Source of the DNA: Candidatus Hikarchaeia archaeon HikBin5
Lineage (GTDB): Archaea > Halobacteriota > Halobacteria > Halobacteriales > Hikarchaeaceae
Reading direction: 5' to 3'
NCBI GenBank assembly: GCA_009889625.1
Contig: WTZU01000002.1
Coordinates: forward strand, 12,472-76,471
Length of the DNA: 64,000 nt
Below are positions 39,307 through 49,946 of this stretch, one piece after another. Both the position numbers and the translations under genes were made by a program. The notes below the pieces were generated by a model that saw only the letters and a list, made by a program, of their open reading frames with translations, had not been told where the DNA came from and did not search any database. Position 1 is the stretch's first letter. The number at the start of each line of letters is the position of its first letter.

Positions 39307-40263
39307 ATGCAGAAAGTATGCTTCTATGAATATGGAGGGGCGGAAGTTTTACAAGTGGAGGAAATAAAAAATAAGAAACTGAATAGAGGAGATATTAGAA
39401 TCAAAGTTGAAGCAATTGGAGTGAATCCCGTTGACACTTATTTTCGGGAGGGCACATACAAAGTTCCCCGATTTCCATGGACACCTGGATCTGATTTTGC
39501 AGGAGTAATAGAAGAAATAGAATCCGAACATAGTGACCTAAAAGTGGGAGATCGAGTATTTGGAACGGGGTTGGGGAGAGATATCGAGGGGACATATTCA
39601 GATTCCATTGTAGCGCCACGGGAGAATCTAGCCACACTCCCAGATTCGATTGAATTTAAACAGGGGGCTGCAATTGCACTAGTGGGAGTGACAGCTTGGC
39701 GTGCCCTTATCGATCATGCCAATTTGATACCGGGGGAAAAATGTTTAATACATGGCGGGGGTGGAGGAGTAGGGCATGTGGCCATTCAAATCGCCAAACA
39801 AATTGGGGCGGAAGTGACCACAACTGCTAGATCGGAACAGCATACAGAACTTAAAAAATTGGGAGCAAAATATATTTTTGACTACAATGAGAAAAATCTT
39901 CTAGGATTAATTTCAAATACAGGGGGGAAAGATGTCATTCTTGATCACCTATGTGACGAATATGTTGGACTAGATATCCAAGTTGCCAATCCAAATGCCA
40001 GGATAATAGGAATTGGACAGAGGAAGGATCAAGTGAGAATTCCAAAATTTGCAGTTGCGCGTTCGAAGGAACTAGAGTTGTACATGATGAGTATGTTCAA
40101 TACTCCAAAAATTAGTGATATTTTGGAGCAAATATCTAAAATGATGAGTGAAGATTCACTAAAAGTTTTAGTAGAGAGTGAATATCCACTGGAAAAGGCA
40201 AATGAAGCCCAAGAAAGAGTATATGATCGAGAGGGAATTGGAAAAGTTGTGATCATTCCGTAG
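39307..40263 (+). CDS. NADPH:quinone oxidoreductase (MDR family)
   Basis: GVNPVD.Y.R.G, PG.D.AG, TAW.AL, LIHGGGGGVG..A.Q.A, GKVV; start uncertain (39271-39307). Confidence 0.88.
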   Translation: MQKVCFYEYGGAEVLQVEEIKNKKLNRGDIRIKVEAIGVNPVDTYFREGTYKVPRFPWTPGSDFAGVIEEIESEHSDLKVGDRVFGTGLGRDIEGTYSDSIVAPRENLATLPDSIEFKQGAAIALVGVTAWRALIDHANLIPGEKCLIHGGGGGVGHVAIQIAKQIGAEVTTTARSEQHTELKKLGAKYIFDYNEKNLLGLISNTGGKDVILDHLCDEYVGLDIQVANPNARIIGIGQRKDQVRIPKFAVARSKELELYMMSMFNTPKISDILEQISKMMSEDSLKVLVESEYPLEKANEAQERVYDREGIGKVVIIP

Positions 40264-40425
40264 GGATGTATTGTGATAATCCCATAAATGCGATAAAATT
40301 GCAAGTTATATTTATTGAAAGCAATATATCTTATACCGTATTTGGTCAGGTTTTTAAAAGAGGGGCATAATAAAATGAGTAGAAAGTCGAATTCATCATA
40401 AATTGATGGGTTTTGGTATTTAGAA

Positions 40426-41412
40426 ATGGTATCAGGTGAACAAATAAGTAAAAGTAAGAACATACAGCAGCAAACTGGGAAGACATTCTATTTCGCTACG
40501 TTACTATTGCCAAAGAGAGTCAGGTACGCGACGCATATTTTATATGCATTTTTTAGGATTGCAGATGAAATTGTAGACACCTCGGAAAACAAGGAGTCCT
40601 ATGTGAAGATTGAGCAAATTGATCAGATACAAAAAGCTGTTTTAGGAGAATCTTTAACAGATGAACCATCGTTAAAGGCATTTGAGGAATTGCGCAGGCG
40701 GTATGAGATCCCAACGGGAGAGATAATAGCATTTTTAGATGCTATGCGTATGGATATTTCTAAAAATAGATATGAAACTTTCAGTGAGGTTGAAGAATAT
40801 ATGCGAGGGTCTGCAGTTACAGTTGCGAATATGATGGTTTCTATCATGAAGATTAAAGAAACGGAGAAGATTATTGAAACTGCTGCTGCTTTAGGAAAAG
40901 CATTTCAATTAACCAATTTCCTTAGAGATGTTAGAGAAGACATTATAGAATATAATCGGTCGTATATGCCAAAAGAAACGTTAGACAAATATGGTGTTGA
41001 ATACAAACATATAGAGAATTTAGAATTTTCAAACGAGTTTGCCAAAGTTATGGAAGAAGAGATTAGTAGGGCCGAGGATTTTTATAGAAAAGGGATAGAA
41101 GGGATTGAACATTTGCCAAATGACTGTCAATTTGCAGTACTATTGGCATCAGTTTTGTATGCAGACCATCATCGATTGATTGTAAACCGAAGATATGATG
41201 TTTTGACTCACCGTTCGACGTTGAATATGCAAGATAAAATTATTTGTTTAGTTAAAACTTGGTGGCACTTAAAAGTGACAAAAGATCCCAAGGCTACATT
41301 TTATTTAACGACCGGAATGTTAGATGACAGGGGGGAAAAATACAAAACTGTGCAAAAATCACTTCGACGTGCGTTTAGTATGAAAAAATTGTTGGTTAAT
41401 TTTCAAAAATGA
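40426..41412 (+). CDS. crtB: Phytoene synthase
   Basis: GKTFYFAT, LYAFFR.ADE.VD, AM.MD, LG.AFQLTNFLRDVRED. Confidence 0.93.
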   Translation: MVSGEQISKSKNIQQQTGKTFYFATLLLPKRVRYATHILYAFFRIADEIVDTSENKESYVKIEQIDQIQKAVLGESLTDEPSLKAFEELRRRYEIPTGEIIAFLDAMRMDISKNRYETFSEVEEYMRGSAVTVANMMVSIMKIKETEKIIETAAALGKAFQLTNFLRDVREDIIEYNRSYMPKETLDKYGVEYKHIENLEFSNEFAKVMEEEISRAEDFYRKGIEGIEHLPNDCQFAVLLASVLYADHHRLIVNRRYDVLTHRSTLNMQDKIICLVKTWWHLKVTKDPKATFYLTTGMLDDRGEKYKTVQKSLRRAFSMKKLLVNFQK

Positions 41413-42911
41413 CGAAGGAGAATATGCTCGATAAGTCCGCGATCATAATTGGGGCAGGGATTGGAGGGCTATCTTGTGCATGTTTCTTGGCACAACAGGG
41501 GATTCAAGTTACCGTGGTGGAAAAAAATGAACAGATAGGAGGGAGAGCTTCTATTTTGGAGAAGGATGGGTTTAAATTCGACATGGGGCCATCATGGTAC
41601 CTCATGCCAGATGTATTTGAAAGATTCTTTGGATTTTTTGGAAGGAAACCAGAAGATTATTATGAATTGATTCGTCTGGATCCACATTATAGGATCTTTT
41701 TTAAAGATCAAAAAAACGTAGATATAGTGGCAGATTTGGAGCAAAATAAAATCCTATTTGAAGGGATGGAAAGAGGAGCAGGAGATGCACTTGTAAGATA
41801 TCTAGATAACTCGAAAATGACTTATGAATTGGGGATGCAAAAATTTGTATACAAAGACAGGCCTCGGTTGAGAGATTATTTGAGTTTAGATGTGTTGCTA
41901 AATGCCCATAAAATAAGTCTAGTTCGCTCTATGCAAAATCATGTGAACAACTATTTCTCTAACAAAAAGCTCCAACAAATTGTACAATATACATTAGTAT
42001 TCTTAGGAGGATCTCCAAAAAATACTCCCGCATTATATAATTTAATGAGTCACGTTGATTTTAATTTGGGAGTATATTATCCAGAGGGGGGCATTGGCAG
42101 GGTTATTTCATCTATCGCCAAAATGGGGGAAGAATTGGGTGTCGAATATAAGCTAGGTTTTGAGGTAGATTCAATCGAAGAGGAAGGGGGATTATTTGCG
42201 GTGAGGAGTAAAAATGCAGAGATAATAGAAGCAAACATAGTAGTTAGTAATGCCGATTATGGCCATACGGAGCAAGTGTTATTGCCAGAGGACAAAAGAC
42301 AATTTGATGATAAATATTGGAAATCTCGAACATATGCCCCATCTGCATTTTTAATTTACTTAGGGATAGAAGGTGAAATAGACCCATTAATTCATCATAA
42401 TCTGGTTTTACCAATAGACTGGGAGGGTCATTTTGAGGAAATATTCACGGACCCGGCATGGCCGACAGATCCTGCCTATTACATATGCGCGCCTTCAGAC
42501 ACTGACGATTCTGTTGCTCCAAAAGGCCATAGTAATCTATTCATCTTAGTTCCCATATCGGTTGATGTAGAAGATGAAGAACATATGAGGCAAAAATATA
42601 GAGACAAAATATTGGCAGATATTGCAGAAAATGTTGGTGTAGATTTAAGGAATAAAATAGTACTAGAAGAGCATTTCTCGGTGTCAGATTTTGCTAGGCG
42701 GTATAACAGTAGCAAGGGGACTGCATTGGGATTGGCACATACGTTAAAGCAAACAGGCCCGATTAGGCCAGATAACCGTTCGAGGAAATTAAAAGGAATG
42801 TATTTCACAGGAGGATATACCAGGCCCGGTATTGGAGTTCCTATGTGCCTGATAAGTGGGGAGCACACAGCAGAAGCCATCATTAAAGATATTAAAAAAG
42901 AGACAAAATGA
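41409..42911 (+). CDS. crtD: Phytoene desaturase-family protein (carotenoid 3,4-desaturase by position)
   Basis: IGAGIGGL, EKN...GGR, FDMGPSWYLMPD, GTALGLAHTL.QT, PGIGVPMCLISG; upstream of lyeJ-cruF. Confidence 0.88.
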   Translation: MTKENMLDKSAIIIGAGIGGLSCACFLAQQGIQVTVVEKNEQIGGRASILEKDGFKFDMGPSWYLMPDVFERFFGFFGRKPEDYYELIRLDPHYRIFFKDQKNVDIVADLEQNKILFEGMERGAGDALVRYLDNSKMTYELGMQKFVYKDRPRLRDYLSLDVLLNAHKISLVRSMQNHVNNYFSNKKLQQIVQYTLVFLGGSPKNTPALYNLMSHVDFNLGVYYPEGGIGRVISSIAKMGEELGVEYKLGFEVDSIEEEGGLFAVRSKNAEIIEANIVVSNADYGHTEQVLLPEDKRQFDDKYWKSRTYAPSAFLIYLGIEGEIDPLIHHNLVLPIDWEGHFEEIFTDPAWPTDPAYYICAPSDTDDSVAPKGHSNLFILVPISVDVEDEEHMRQKYRDKILADIAENVGVDLRNKIVLEEHFSVSDFARRYNSSKGTALGLAHTLKQTGPIRPDNRSRKLKGMYFTGGYTRPGIGVPMCLISGEHTAEAIIKDIKKETK

Positions 42912-43744
42912 GAGGGGGCAAATATATTAAATTGGTTGAGGCATCCAGACCTAGATTTTGGCTTTATCTTGCAGGACCAGCATTAGTTGGTGCCACGTAT
43001 GGAGCAGAGCACGTCCAAGAATTAGTGAGGTTGGATGTTGCGCTCATCATACTATACTTTCTGATCCCGGCTAATTTTCTAGTTTATGGGATTAACGATA
43101 TATTTGATTCTAAGATTGATCAAAAGAATCCAAAAAAGAAAACCAAAGAGATTCGATATAAAGGGGGAAGAAAATTGCCCACTTTGGTCATAATTAGTGC
43201 AATATTAGGGATAGCATTGGGAGGAATTCTCACTGTAAATGCAATTCCATGGATGATTGGTTTTCTCTTTTTAAGTTGGGCATATAGTGCACCTCCCTTT
43301 AGATTTAAAACAAAGCCATTTCTGGATTCTTGTTCAAATATATTATATATATTTCCAGGAATCGTCGGGTACATAGTTGTCTCAGGTTCGATACCCCCTT
43401 TGCTTGCAATAGGAGGAGGTAGTTTGTGGGCGATGGCAATGCACACGTTCTCTGCCATTCCAGATATTGGACCAGATAAAAAATCAGGAATTAAAACATT
43501 GGCTACATCATTGGGCCAAAGTAAAACTTTAGCATATTGTGGGAGCTGTTGGTTTGCTTCTTCGATTTTGTTTGCATTAGTGGATGTCCGACTAGGGATA
43601 TTTCTATCCTCATATTTAGCGATATTGGGAATAATAGTATTGGGAAAAATAGAAGTTGAAGTTGCATATTGGTGGTATCCAAAAATCAATACGATAATTG
43701 GATTTGTTTTAGTAATAGGAGGGATTTGGAGGATCGTAATTTGA
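42908..43744 (+). CDS. lyeJ: Lycopene elongase/hydratase (UbiA prenyltransferase)
   Basis: SRPRFWLYLAGP, YGIND.FD...D..NPKK, YSAPP.RFK..P.LDS, MH.FSAIPDI.PD. Confidence 0.9.
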   Translation: MRGGKYIKLVEASRPRFWLYLAGPALVGATYGAEHVQELVRLDVALIILYFLIPANFLVYGINDIFDSKIDQKNPKKKTKEIRYKGGRKLPTLVIISAILGIALGGILTVNAIPWMIGFLFLSWAYSAPPFRFKTKPFLDSCSNILYIFPGIVGYIVVSGSIPPLLAIGGGSLWAMAMHTFSAIPDIGPDKKSGIKTLATSLGQSKTLAYCGSCWFASSILFALVDVRLGIFLSSYLAILGIIVLGKIEVEVAYWWYPKINTIIGFVLVIGGIWRIVI

Positions 43745-44547
43745 TAAATAGATTGGAAATATTTGTACGAGAGAATAGGTTATTGTTGGCACTGGTGATG
43801 CCAATTATGGGTGCTGTGTTGCTAGTTGCTAGTAAAGAGATGATACTCCCACCGTGGCTCTCATTTAACCCTTACATTGTTTTGATAGGAACTGCACTGA
43901 TGAGATTGCCGTTAATTGTTGCAATCCTACCTCTGATAAATAGGAAAAATGGAATTTTGTTACTGTTATTAACGGGGTACGTGTATTTTATCGAATACAT
44001 AGGTATAAGATATGGATGGCCATATGGAAATTTCCAATATTTAGTAGAATTGGGACCAATGATTTCTGACATTCCAATGGCACTTCCACTTTTCTTCATT
44101 CCATTAGTGCTGAATGGGTATTTGTTGACATTGTTAATTGTAAATAAATATCCAATAAATCAAAGATTGATAATTCCAATTTCAATCGTGGTAATCATCC
44201 TGATAGATTTAGTATTGGATCCGGCCGCGGTGAGTCTTGGTTTTTGGAGTTATGGAAATGGGGGAGAATTCTATGGAGTCCCATATACAAATTATCAGGG
44301 GTGGTTGCTCAGTGGGGGGATATCAGTGTTGGTAGTAAGCCGTGTGTTTAATAGAAAAAAGCTTCTTGCACGCATTGAAGAGTGTGAATTTGGACTAGAT
44401 GACATGATCAGTTTTGTTTTATTATGGGGATTGGTGAATACATATCATAATAATTGGATTCCAACTTTTATTGTGATAATGCTCATAGCGGGATTATGGT
44501 GGGTGGAGAGAATCGATATTAAGAATATTTTAAATAGAAATAAATGA
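43741..44547 (+). CDS. cruF: Bisanhydrobacterioruberin hydratase
   Basis: IE..G...G.PYG.F.Y...LGPM, DLVLDPAAV, YGVP..NY.GW, LDD..SF..LWG; TTG start overlaps lyeJ stop. Confidence 0.9.
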   Translation: MINRLEIFVRENRLLLALVMPIMGAVLLVASKEMILPPWLSFNPYIVLIGTALMRLPLIVAILPLINRKNGILLLLLTGYVYFIEYIGIRYGWPYGNFQYLVELGPMISDIPMALPLFFIPLVLNGYLLTLLIVNKYPINQRLIIPISIVVIILIDLVLDPAAVSLGFWSYGNGGEFYGVPYTNYQGWLLSGGISVLVVSRVFNRKKLLARIEECEFGLDDMISFVLLWGLVNTYHNNWIPTFIVIMLIAGLWWVERIDIKNILNRNK

Positions 44548-44611
44548 TTTATAGATATAATCGGGAATGAAAAATAGATAGAACTAAAATTTCACAAGGA
44601 TAGTAGATATT

Positions 44612-45913
44612 ATGGATATTAAAAAAAGTAGGAGGGAGATACTTCAAATGTCGGGTTTGGGAATTTTGGGATTGGCAGGTTGTATGGAAGGTTCCAACGA
44701 GGCCAAATGTCCAGATGGTGCCATAGAAAAAGAAAATGAATATCAACCTATCAAGGGTTCGGGTGGGTGGTGGCCACACCCTGGATGTAATCTTACAGGG
44801 GATGGAAAAGGATATGGAATGGATCCAAAATCGGATACTATGGAGATATCATGGGAAGTTCCATTTCCGATGGCAAGTATGCCATCTGTGCGTCCACTAA
44901 TAAGGGATGATACAGCATATGTGGGGTGGCAGCGAATGGGAGGGTTGGGGATGTTGTATTCGTTGGATGTCGAACGGGGAGAAGAGAAATGGGTTGCAGA
45001 ATATGAAGGCGGGGCCTTAGTACCAGGATCGGTTACAAGAGATCAGATATATGCAGGAAGTCCAGACGGATTCCATTCTTTTGACGTGGAGACGGGGGGA
45101 TTATCTATGTCGTTCAAACCAGAGGGAGAATGGAGATTTATAAATGGAGTTCATGGAGGTGATAGATTATACGTTGTAGGAATGGGAGCCGGAGAGGAGG
45201 ATACAATATATGGAATTGATCCAGAAACGGGAGAAATAGAATGGGAATTTAGATCGGATTACATAGCGGGTCTTTTTGCGATCCAAGGAGACTCAGTATA
45301 TATAACGGGGAAAGATAAAATTCACAGGCTTTTGAGAGTAGATGGGTCGGAAGTGTGGTCAGTTTCAGCAGGTCCTGGATATATAAATGACCAAGTCATT
45401 GCAAATGGGGAAATCATATATGGAATTGGCAGATCGGAGTATACAGGAGAACACAAAATATCTGCGATAGAGGATTCCTGTGGAAGTATAGATTGGTCAG
45501 TTGTTTCGGGAGAGAACGGAACGTTCGGTGGAATGGCAGCAAGTGAAAATGCATTATACGTTTCCTCGCAGGTTAAAATTTCGGGGAGGAATGAAGCCAC
45601 CGCTAGAATGATTGCATTAGATCAAAGTGGAGGTTCAAGACTATGGACTTCAGAGGCAGAGAATATGAAATATGCAACTACTGAGTGGGGAAATCCAATA
45701 ATGATAAATGGCCAAATATATGTTGGAGAATTGCAAGATAGAATAAACAGATCGGATATTGCAAGTATGAAAATAATCGATGGAATTACAGGGGAATTAA
45801 TCAGAACTATACAATTATATGAAGCATCTATTTTTCTTGGCCCTTCCTCTGTATCGGCGGGAAAAGATACAATCTATAGTCTAATAGGAGGTACATTGAG
45901 AGCGATTAGATAG
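44612..45913 (+). CDS. Tat-exported lipoprotein with PQQ-like beta-propeller
   Basis: SRRE.L...G...LAGC Tat/lipobox; repeated (L/I)D..(T/S)GE..W motifs. Confidence 0.85.
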   Translation: MDIKKSRREILQMSGLGILGLAGCMEGSNEAKCPDGAIEKENEYQPIKGSGGWWPHPGCNLTGDGKGYGMDPKSDTMEISWEVPFPMASMPSVRPLIRDDTAYVGWQRMGGLGMLYSLDVERGEEKWVAEYEGGALVPGSVTRDQIYAGSPDGFHSFDVETGGLSMSFKPEGEWRFINGVHGGDRLYVVGMGAGEEDTIYGIDPETGEIEWEFRSDYIAGLFAIQGDSVYITGKDKIHRLLRVDGSEVWSVSAGPGYINDQVIANGEIIYGIGRSEYTGEHKISAIEDSCGSIDWSVVSGENGTFGGMAASENALYVSSQVKISGRNEATARMIALDQSGGSRLWTSEAENMKYATTEWGNPIMINGQIYVGELQDRINRSDIASMKIIDGITGELIRTIQLYEASIFLGPSSVSAGKDTIYSLIGGTLRAIR

Positions 45914-45926
45914 AAAGGTAGAAATG

Positions 45927-46940
45927 CTATAGATAAACTTGTTTGATATCTGCTGGACCGGCTCTTCGCACTATGGAGCTAATTATGTCAGACGAACCAG
46001 AGAGATTATTAGAATCCCCATCTAGTACCAAAAGTTTAGCTTGTTTGTTAGGTTTAATAACACCGTAATCAAGATCAAAAATTGCTGCTCCAGAAGAAGT
46101 AGCCATTCGCAAGATGTCGCGGGGGTCGATTTCAAAGAGTTTTGAAACAAATGCCATTTCACGGAAGAGAGAAGGACTATTTAGCATCACATTATCCGTT
46201 CCAAGTGCCACAGTGGTATGGTTTAGTAAATCTTCAATGGGAGGGAGCCCAACGCCAGTAACGAGATTGGAACGGGGACATATTACAACCGGAGTATTAG
46301 TATTTTGAAGACTATCAAGATGTTCAGACGTTGGATGAACCATATGGACTATAAAGTCGGGTTCCAATTCCAGTGAAGTGTCTATATCCAGCTTATCACG
46401 TTCTCCAGCATGAATTCCAAACAATTTATTTACTGTTTTTGTTGAATTTCGTTCTTGGGTGAAATCAGAATCCCTAGATCCACTAGCACCGAAACCATCT
46501 GCTATATCTAACACTTCAATGGTATCTCGGCCTAAAACAATTGCATCCACACTAGACTCTAAATTGGCTTTGTGTATCATACGAACACCTTCAATTCCAC
46601 CTTCACGGAAATCGGCGAATGCCGCCACACCGATAGTCCCCATAAGTTGAATGGACCTTTTCATCTGAGAAATTAGATCATCGGGTTTCGCTGAAGAGAG
46701 TAGACGGTGTTTGAGCCCATTAGGAGGTGCGACTAACTCATCGAGGGAAAGTCCAGATCCGGCATCTTTTGCTATTGAATCCCCAATATGAGTATGGGAA
46801 TTTATGAAAGCTGGGAGGATTATGTTCTTGCTAGATGTAGATTCTTCTTCGATTGCGACTATTTGCCCATTTTCAATAATGATAGTACCCTCTATTAGAT
46901 CGAAGTCATATCCAGAGAGGATTGTTCCCTGTAGTTGCAT
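45927..46940 (-). CDS. Amidohydrolase family protein (deaminase-like)
   Basis: PAFINSHTHIGDS, DFREGG, IHAGE, CPRSN, ALGTDN. Confidence 0.88.
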   Translation of the reverse strand: MQLQGTILSGYDFDLIEGTIIIENGQIVAIEEESTSSKNIILPAFINSHTHIGDSIAKDAGSGLSLDELVAPPNGLKHRLLSSAKPDDLISQMKRSIQLMGTIGVAAFADFREGGIEGVRMIHKANLESSVDAIVLGRDTIEVLDIADGFGASGSRDSDFTQERNSTKTVNKLFGIHAGERDKLDIDTSLELEPDFIVHMVHPTSEHLDSLQNTNTPVVICPRSNLVTGVGLPPIEDLLNHTTVALGTDNVMLNSPSLFREMAFVSKLFEIDPRDILRMATSSGAAIFDLDYGVIKPNKQAKLLVLDGDSNNLSGSSDIISSIVRRAGPADIKQVYL

Positions 46941-46986
46941 AAACACACTTTGCTAGGTATGAACTTGAATGAGTCGCTGGGATATT

Positions 46987-48216
46987 TTAAGTCATAAATG
47001 TATCTAGACTGAAATTTTTCTTCGACCTCATAGAAATTAAGTGCCCGTTTGTTTGTAAATTTAATTCTCTTTCTGCCGCACTTCCTACTCGTTCCACGAG
47101 ATTTTCAGGGGCATAAACGCCAAGTCTCCATTGTTCTTTTTGTGCAGCTTGTAGTGCATCGATAAGTGAAGAATGTTCATGGAGCATTCGAGTTGTGTCT
47201 CCAGCTTTGATTTTTATATCCTGTCCAATTGGAAGAGGAAGTTTGGGGATATCTATTATTACAGATTGAACGTCTATATTGAGTTTGGAAGCAATAGTTT
47301 CCTCAAATGAATGGATGGAATCGTAATTGGCATTAATTACATCATCGGGGACGTCTTTCAGTTCTGCCCATATAGCGCGTTTATATAAATTCCTATTAGA
47401 AATCCTTGTTTCAAGGGGAGAGGTTTTTGGGTGCGATCGAAGGGCTGCATGTAGATCGTGGTCATCCATGCTGCGCAAATCGTGTTCTTTTATAATTTTA
47501 GAATCAAGTAAAAATTCGGTTGCTCGTCGAAGTAGTGATTTGGAAATTCGAGCTACATGGTGATTATACACAGTAGGACCCATGAGAGTCCTAGCTAAGA
47601 GTAGGCTTTCAGCAGCCTGGACGTTTCCATTGGAAACGGATAACACTAGTTCACCGTTGGAGAGAGAAAGTTCTCGGACCAATCTTCCGTGATCTATAGA
47701 ACCATAAGGAACCCCGGTATGATGGGCATCGCGGACTAGATAATCCATTCGATCTACATCTATGGAGCTTGAGATTATTTGTCCGTGTTTCCCTTTTCCA
47801 ATGATCAAATCTGCGATAAGATTTGCATCTAAATTATGCTTTTCAAGAAGTACACTCAGAGGAGTAGAAGTGAGTAATTCTAGTATATCGTCATGTTCAA
47901 ATCCAATCCGATGGTTGAGTAAAGGTTCAATGTTATGGCTATAGGGAGAGTGGCCGATATCGTGAAGCATAGCAGCCGCCCGGATATGGTTTGATTCTTC
48001 AGTAGGAATTGAAAGATGGTTAGTGACCTTACATGCTAGATGGTAAACCCCGATGCTATGTTCGAATCGAGTGTGGTTTGCAGATGGATAGACAAGAGAA
48101 ACAGTACCTAGTTGCTTTATGTGTCGTAATCGTTGAACGGCAGGGGAATCCAATAAATCTAAGGCAAGTCCATCAATAGTGATATGGTCATGGACGCTGT
48201 CCTTAATAGTTTTCAT
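46987..48216 (-). CDS. HD-domain phosphohydrolase (SAMHD1/dGTPase-like)
   Basis: QRLR.IKQLG...VYP.ANHTRFEHS.G, LHDIGH.PYSH, DVDRMDYL.RD, VY.HH. Confidence 0.92.
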   Translation of the reverse strand: MKTIKDSVHDHITIDGLALDLLDSPAVQRLRHIKQLGTVSLVYPSANHTRFEHSIGVYHLACKVTNHLSIPTEESNHIRAAAMLHDIGHSPYSHNIEPLLNHRIGFEHDDILELLTSTPLSVLLEKHNLDANLIADLIIGKGKHGQIISSSIDVDRMDYLVRDAHHTGVPYGSIDHGRLVRELSLSNGELVLSVSNGNVQAAESLLLARTLMGPTVYNHHVARISKSLLRRATEFLLDSKIIKEHDLRSMDDHDLHAALRSHPKTSPLETRISNRNLYKRAIWAELKDVPDDVINANYDSIHSFEETIASKLNIDVQSVIIDIPKLPLPIGQDIKIKAGDTTRMLHEHSSLIDALQAAQKEQWRLGVYAPENLVERVGSAAERELNLQTNGHLISMRSKKNFSLDTFMT

Positions 48217-48318
48217 CTAGGAAGGGATAGAATAGGATAACATATAAGTAATAACATATAGAACGAGAGGGGGAAAAATAAGAGATATAACTTGGAGAAA
48301 ATGAAGAGGAAAAATAAT

Positions 48319-49302
48319 ATGACTACGTTACTTTCTGGAGGGACGGGGACTCCAAAATTATTGTCAGATTTAATGCCAAATTCAGAGATTACAGTGATAG
48401 GGAATACTGGTGATGATATTGAAATGGGAGATCTACTTATTTGTCCAGATTTAGATACAATAATGTATCTTTCAGCAGGTGTATTGAACAAAGATACATG
48501 GTGGGGAATAGAAGGAGATACTTTTGAGACTCATGAATACCTGGTTAGATCGGCAAAAGAAAAAGGTTGGGAGGGGGCCCCAAATTTTCTGGGAAGGGCC
48601 GAACAGATTAATGGAAGGGAAATAGCAAAATGGCGCAGATTTTCGGGAGAGGAAGAATTCATGCAAATTGGAGACATGGATCGGTCCATTCACATGCTGA
48701 GATCACGTTTGATCGACGAAGGGAGAACATTAACAGAAGCCACTGAAAATCTATGTTCATTAATCGATGCCAATATAAGATTACTCCCCATGAGCGACGA
48801 TCCGGTTTCTAGTATTTTAAGTACAAACCGGGGTGAGATGCATTTTCAGGGTTTTTGGGCGGGTTTAAAAGGAGAACCGGAAGTAAAAGATATCGAGTAT
48901 AGAGGGTCGGGGGTGGCAAGAGCAACTAAATTGGTCACCAAAGCACTAGAAAATCAAGTGATCATCGGGCCATCTAATCCAATAACCAGTGTGGGTCCGA
49001 TCCTATCATTAAAAGGAATTAAAAAATTACTTTCCGAAACAAAAGTTGTTGCTGTTTCTCCATTCATAGGTGACAGGGCATTTTCTGGACCAATTAAAAA
49101 GTTGATGAGTGCGAAGGGGCATGAAGCAAATACAGCGGGTTTAATGGAAATGTACCCATTTGTGGATGTATTTGTGATAGACTCTAGTGACAAAATAGAA
49201 ACAGATCGCAAAGTCGTGAAGACAGATATACGTATAAATTCAACAGAAGATGCAAAGAGAGTATATGGATCATGCTTAGAAGCCCTTGAGGAAATTGAAT
49301 AA
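48319..49302 (+). CDS. cofD: 2-phospho-L-lactate transferase
   Basis: LSGGTGTPKL, NTGDD, PDLDT, IGD.DR, LPMSDDPV, IGPSNP.TS.GP. Confidence 0.93.
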   Translation: MTTLLSGGTGTPKLLSDLMPNSEITVIGNTGDDIEMGDLLICPDLDTIMYLSAGVLNKDTWWGIEGDTFETHEYLVRSAKEKGWEGAPNFLGRAEQINGREIAKWRRFSGEEEFMQIGDMDRSIHMLRSRLIDEGRTLTEATENLCSLIDANIRLLPMSDDPVSSILSTNRGEMHFQGFWAGLKGEPEVKDIEYRGSGVARATKLVTKALENQVIIGPSNPITSVGPILSLKGIKKLLSETKVVAVSPFIGDRAFSGPIKKLMSAKGHEANTAGLMEMYPFVDVFVIDSSDKIETDRKVVKTDIRINSTEDAKRVYGSCLEALEEIE

Positions 49303-49304
49303 AA

Positions 49305-49898
49305 ATGAATAAGTTTCCATTTGAAATTGAAGGAATAGTAGAAGTGATTATAACAACTTTTGATACTTTAGCAGGTTGGAATGTGGCCCTATTAGGATTA
49401 CAAGGAGGGGAAAGGATTACCGCTAGAACGTGGGGAAAAACAAAAACACGCGAAAATTTTCACAAAGGAGGAGATGCATACATTCATTTTACGCGTGACT
49501 CGTTTTTGTTTGTAGAAGCTGCCCTCTGTATTAAAGAGCAAAAAACACCACATATAGAGGGGGCATATGCATGGGGAAAAATTAAAGTAAATTCAATAGA
49601 TAAAGGAAAGGATGGAAAAACAGAATGGGAAGATTGGTCAATTGAGATAATAGAAGAAGAAATAATAAAAAAAGAGATCCCCATAATAAATAGAGGATAC
49701 AATGCAATTATAGAAGCCACTGTCGTGGCATCTAGGTTAAGGATATCCGATAATAGAAGTAAAGACTTGGAATATATTGGAAAATTATTGGAAATTGTAG
49801 AAAGATGTGGAGATGATAGAGATAGAGAGGCAAAGAATCTTATCGAGGAGCTAGTTTTTGGAGTTTGTGAAAAAGATGGCCAAAGAAAAAAGTTTTAA
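49305..49898 (+). CDS. DUF447 family protein
   Basis: E.I.TT...N.A.LG, T.T.EN, INRG..A.IEA.V..SRL. Confidence 0.82.
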   Translation: MNKFPFEIEGIVEVIITTFDTLAGWNVALLGLQGGERITARTWGKTKTRENFHKGGDAYIHFTRDSFLFVEAALCIKEQKTPHIEGAYAWGKIKVNSIDKGKDGKTEWEDWSIEIIEEEIIKKEIPIINRGYNAIIEATVVASRLRISDNRSKDLEYIGKLLEIVERCGDDRDREAKNLIEELVFGVCEKDGQRKKF

Positions 49899-49946
49899 TG
49901 CTACAAGTTCTCGCAATGATACTAATCGGAGTACTAGGGGAAAGAT

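Noticed and set aside
40394..40408. CATCA-N5-TGATG palindrome before crtB
   Set aside because: 5 bp arms arise by chance and no second copy was noticed
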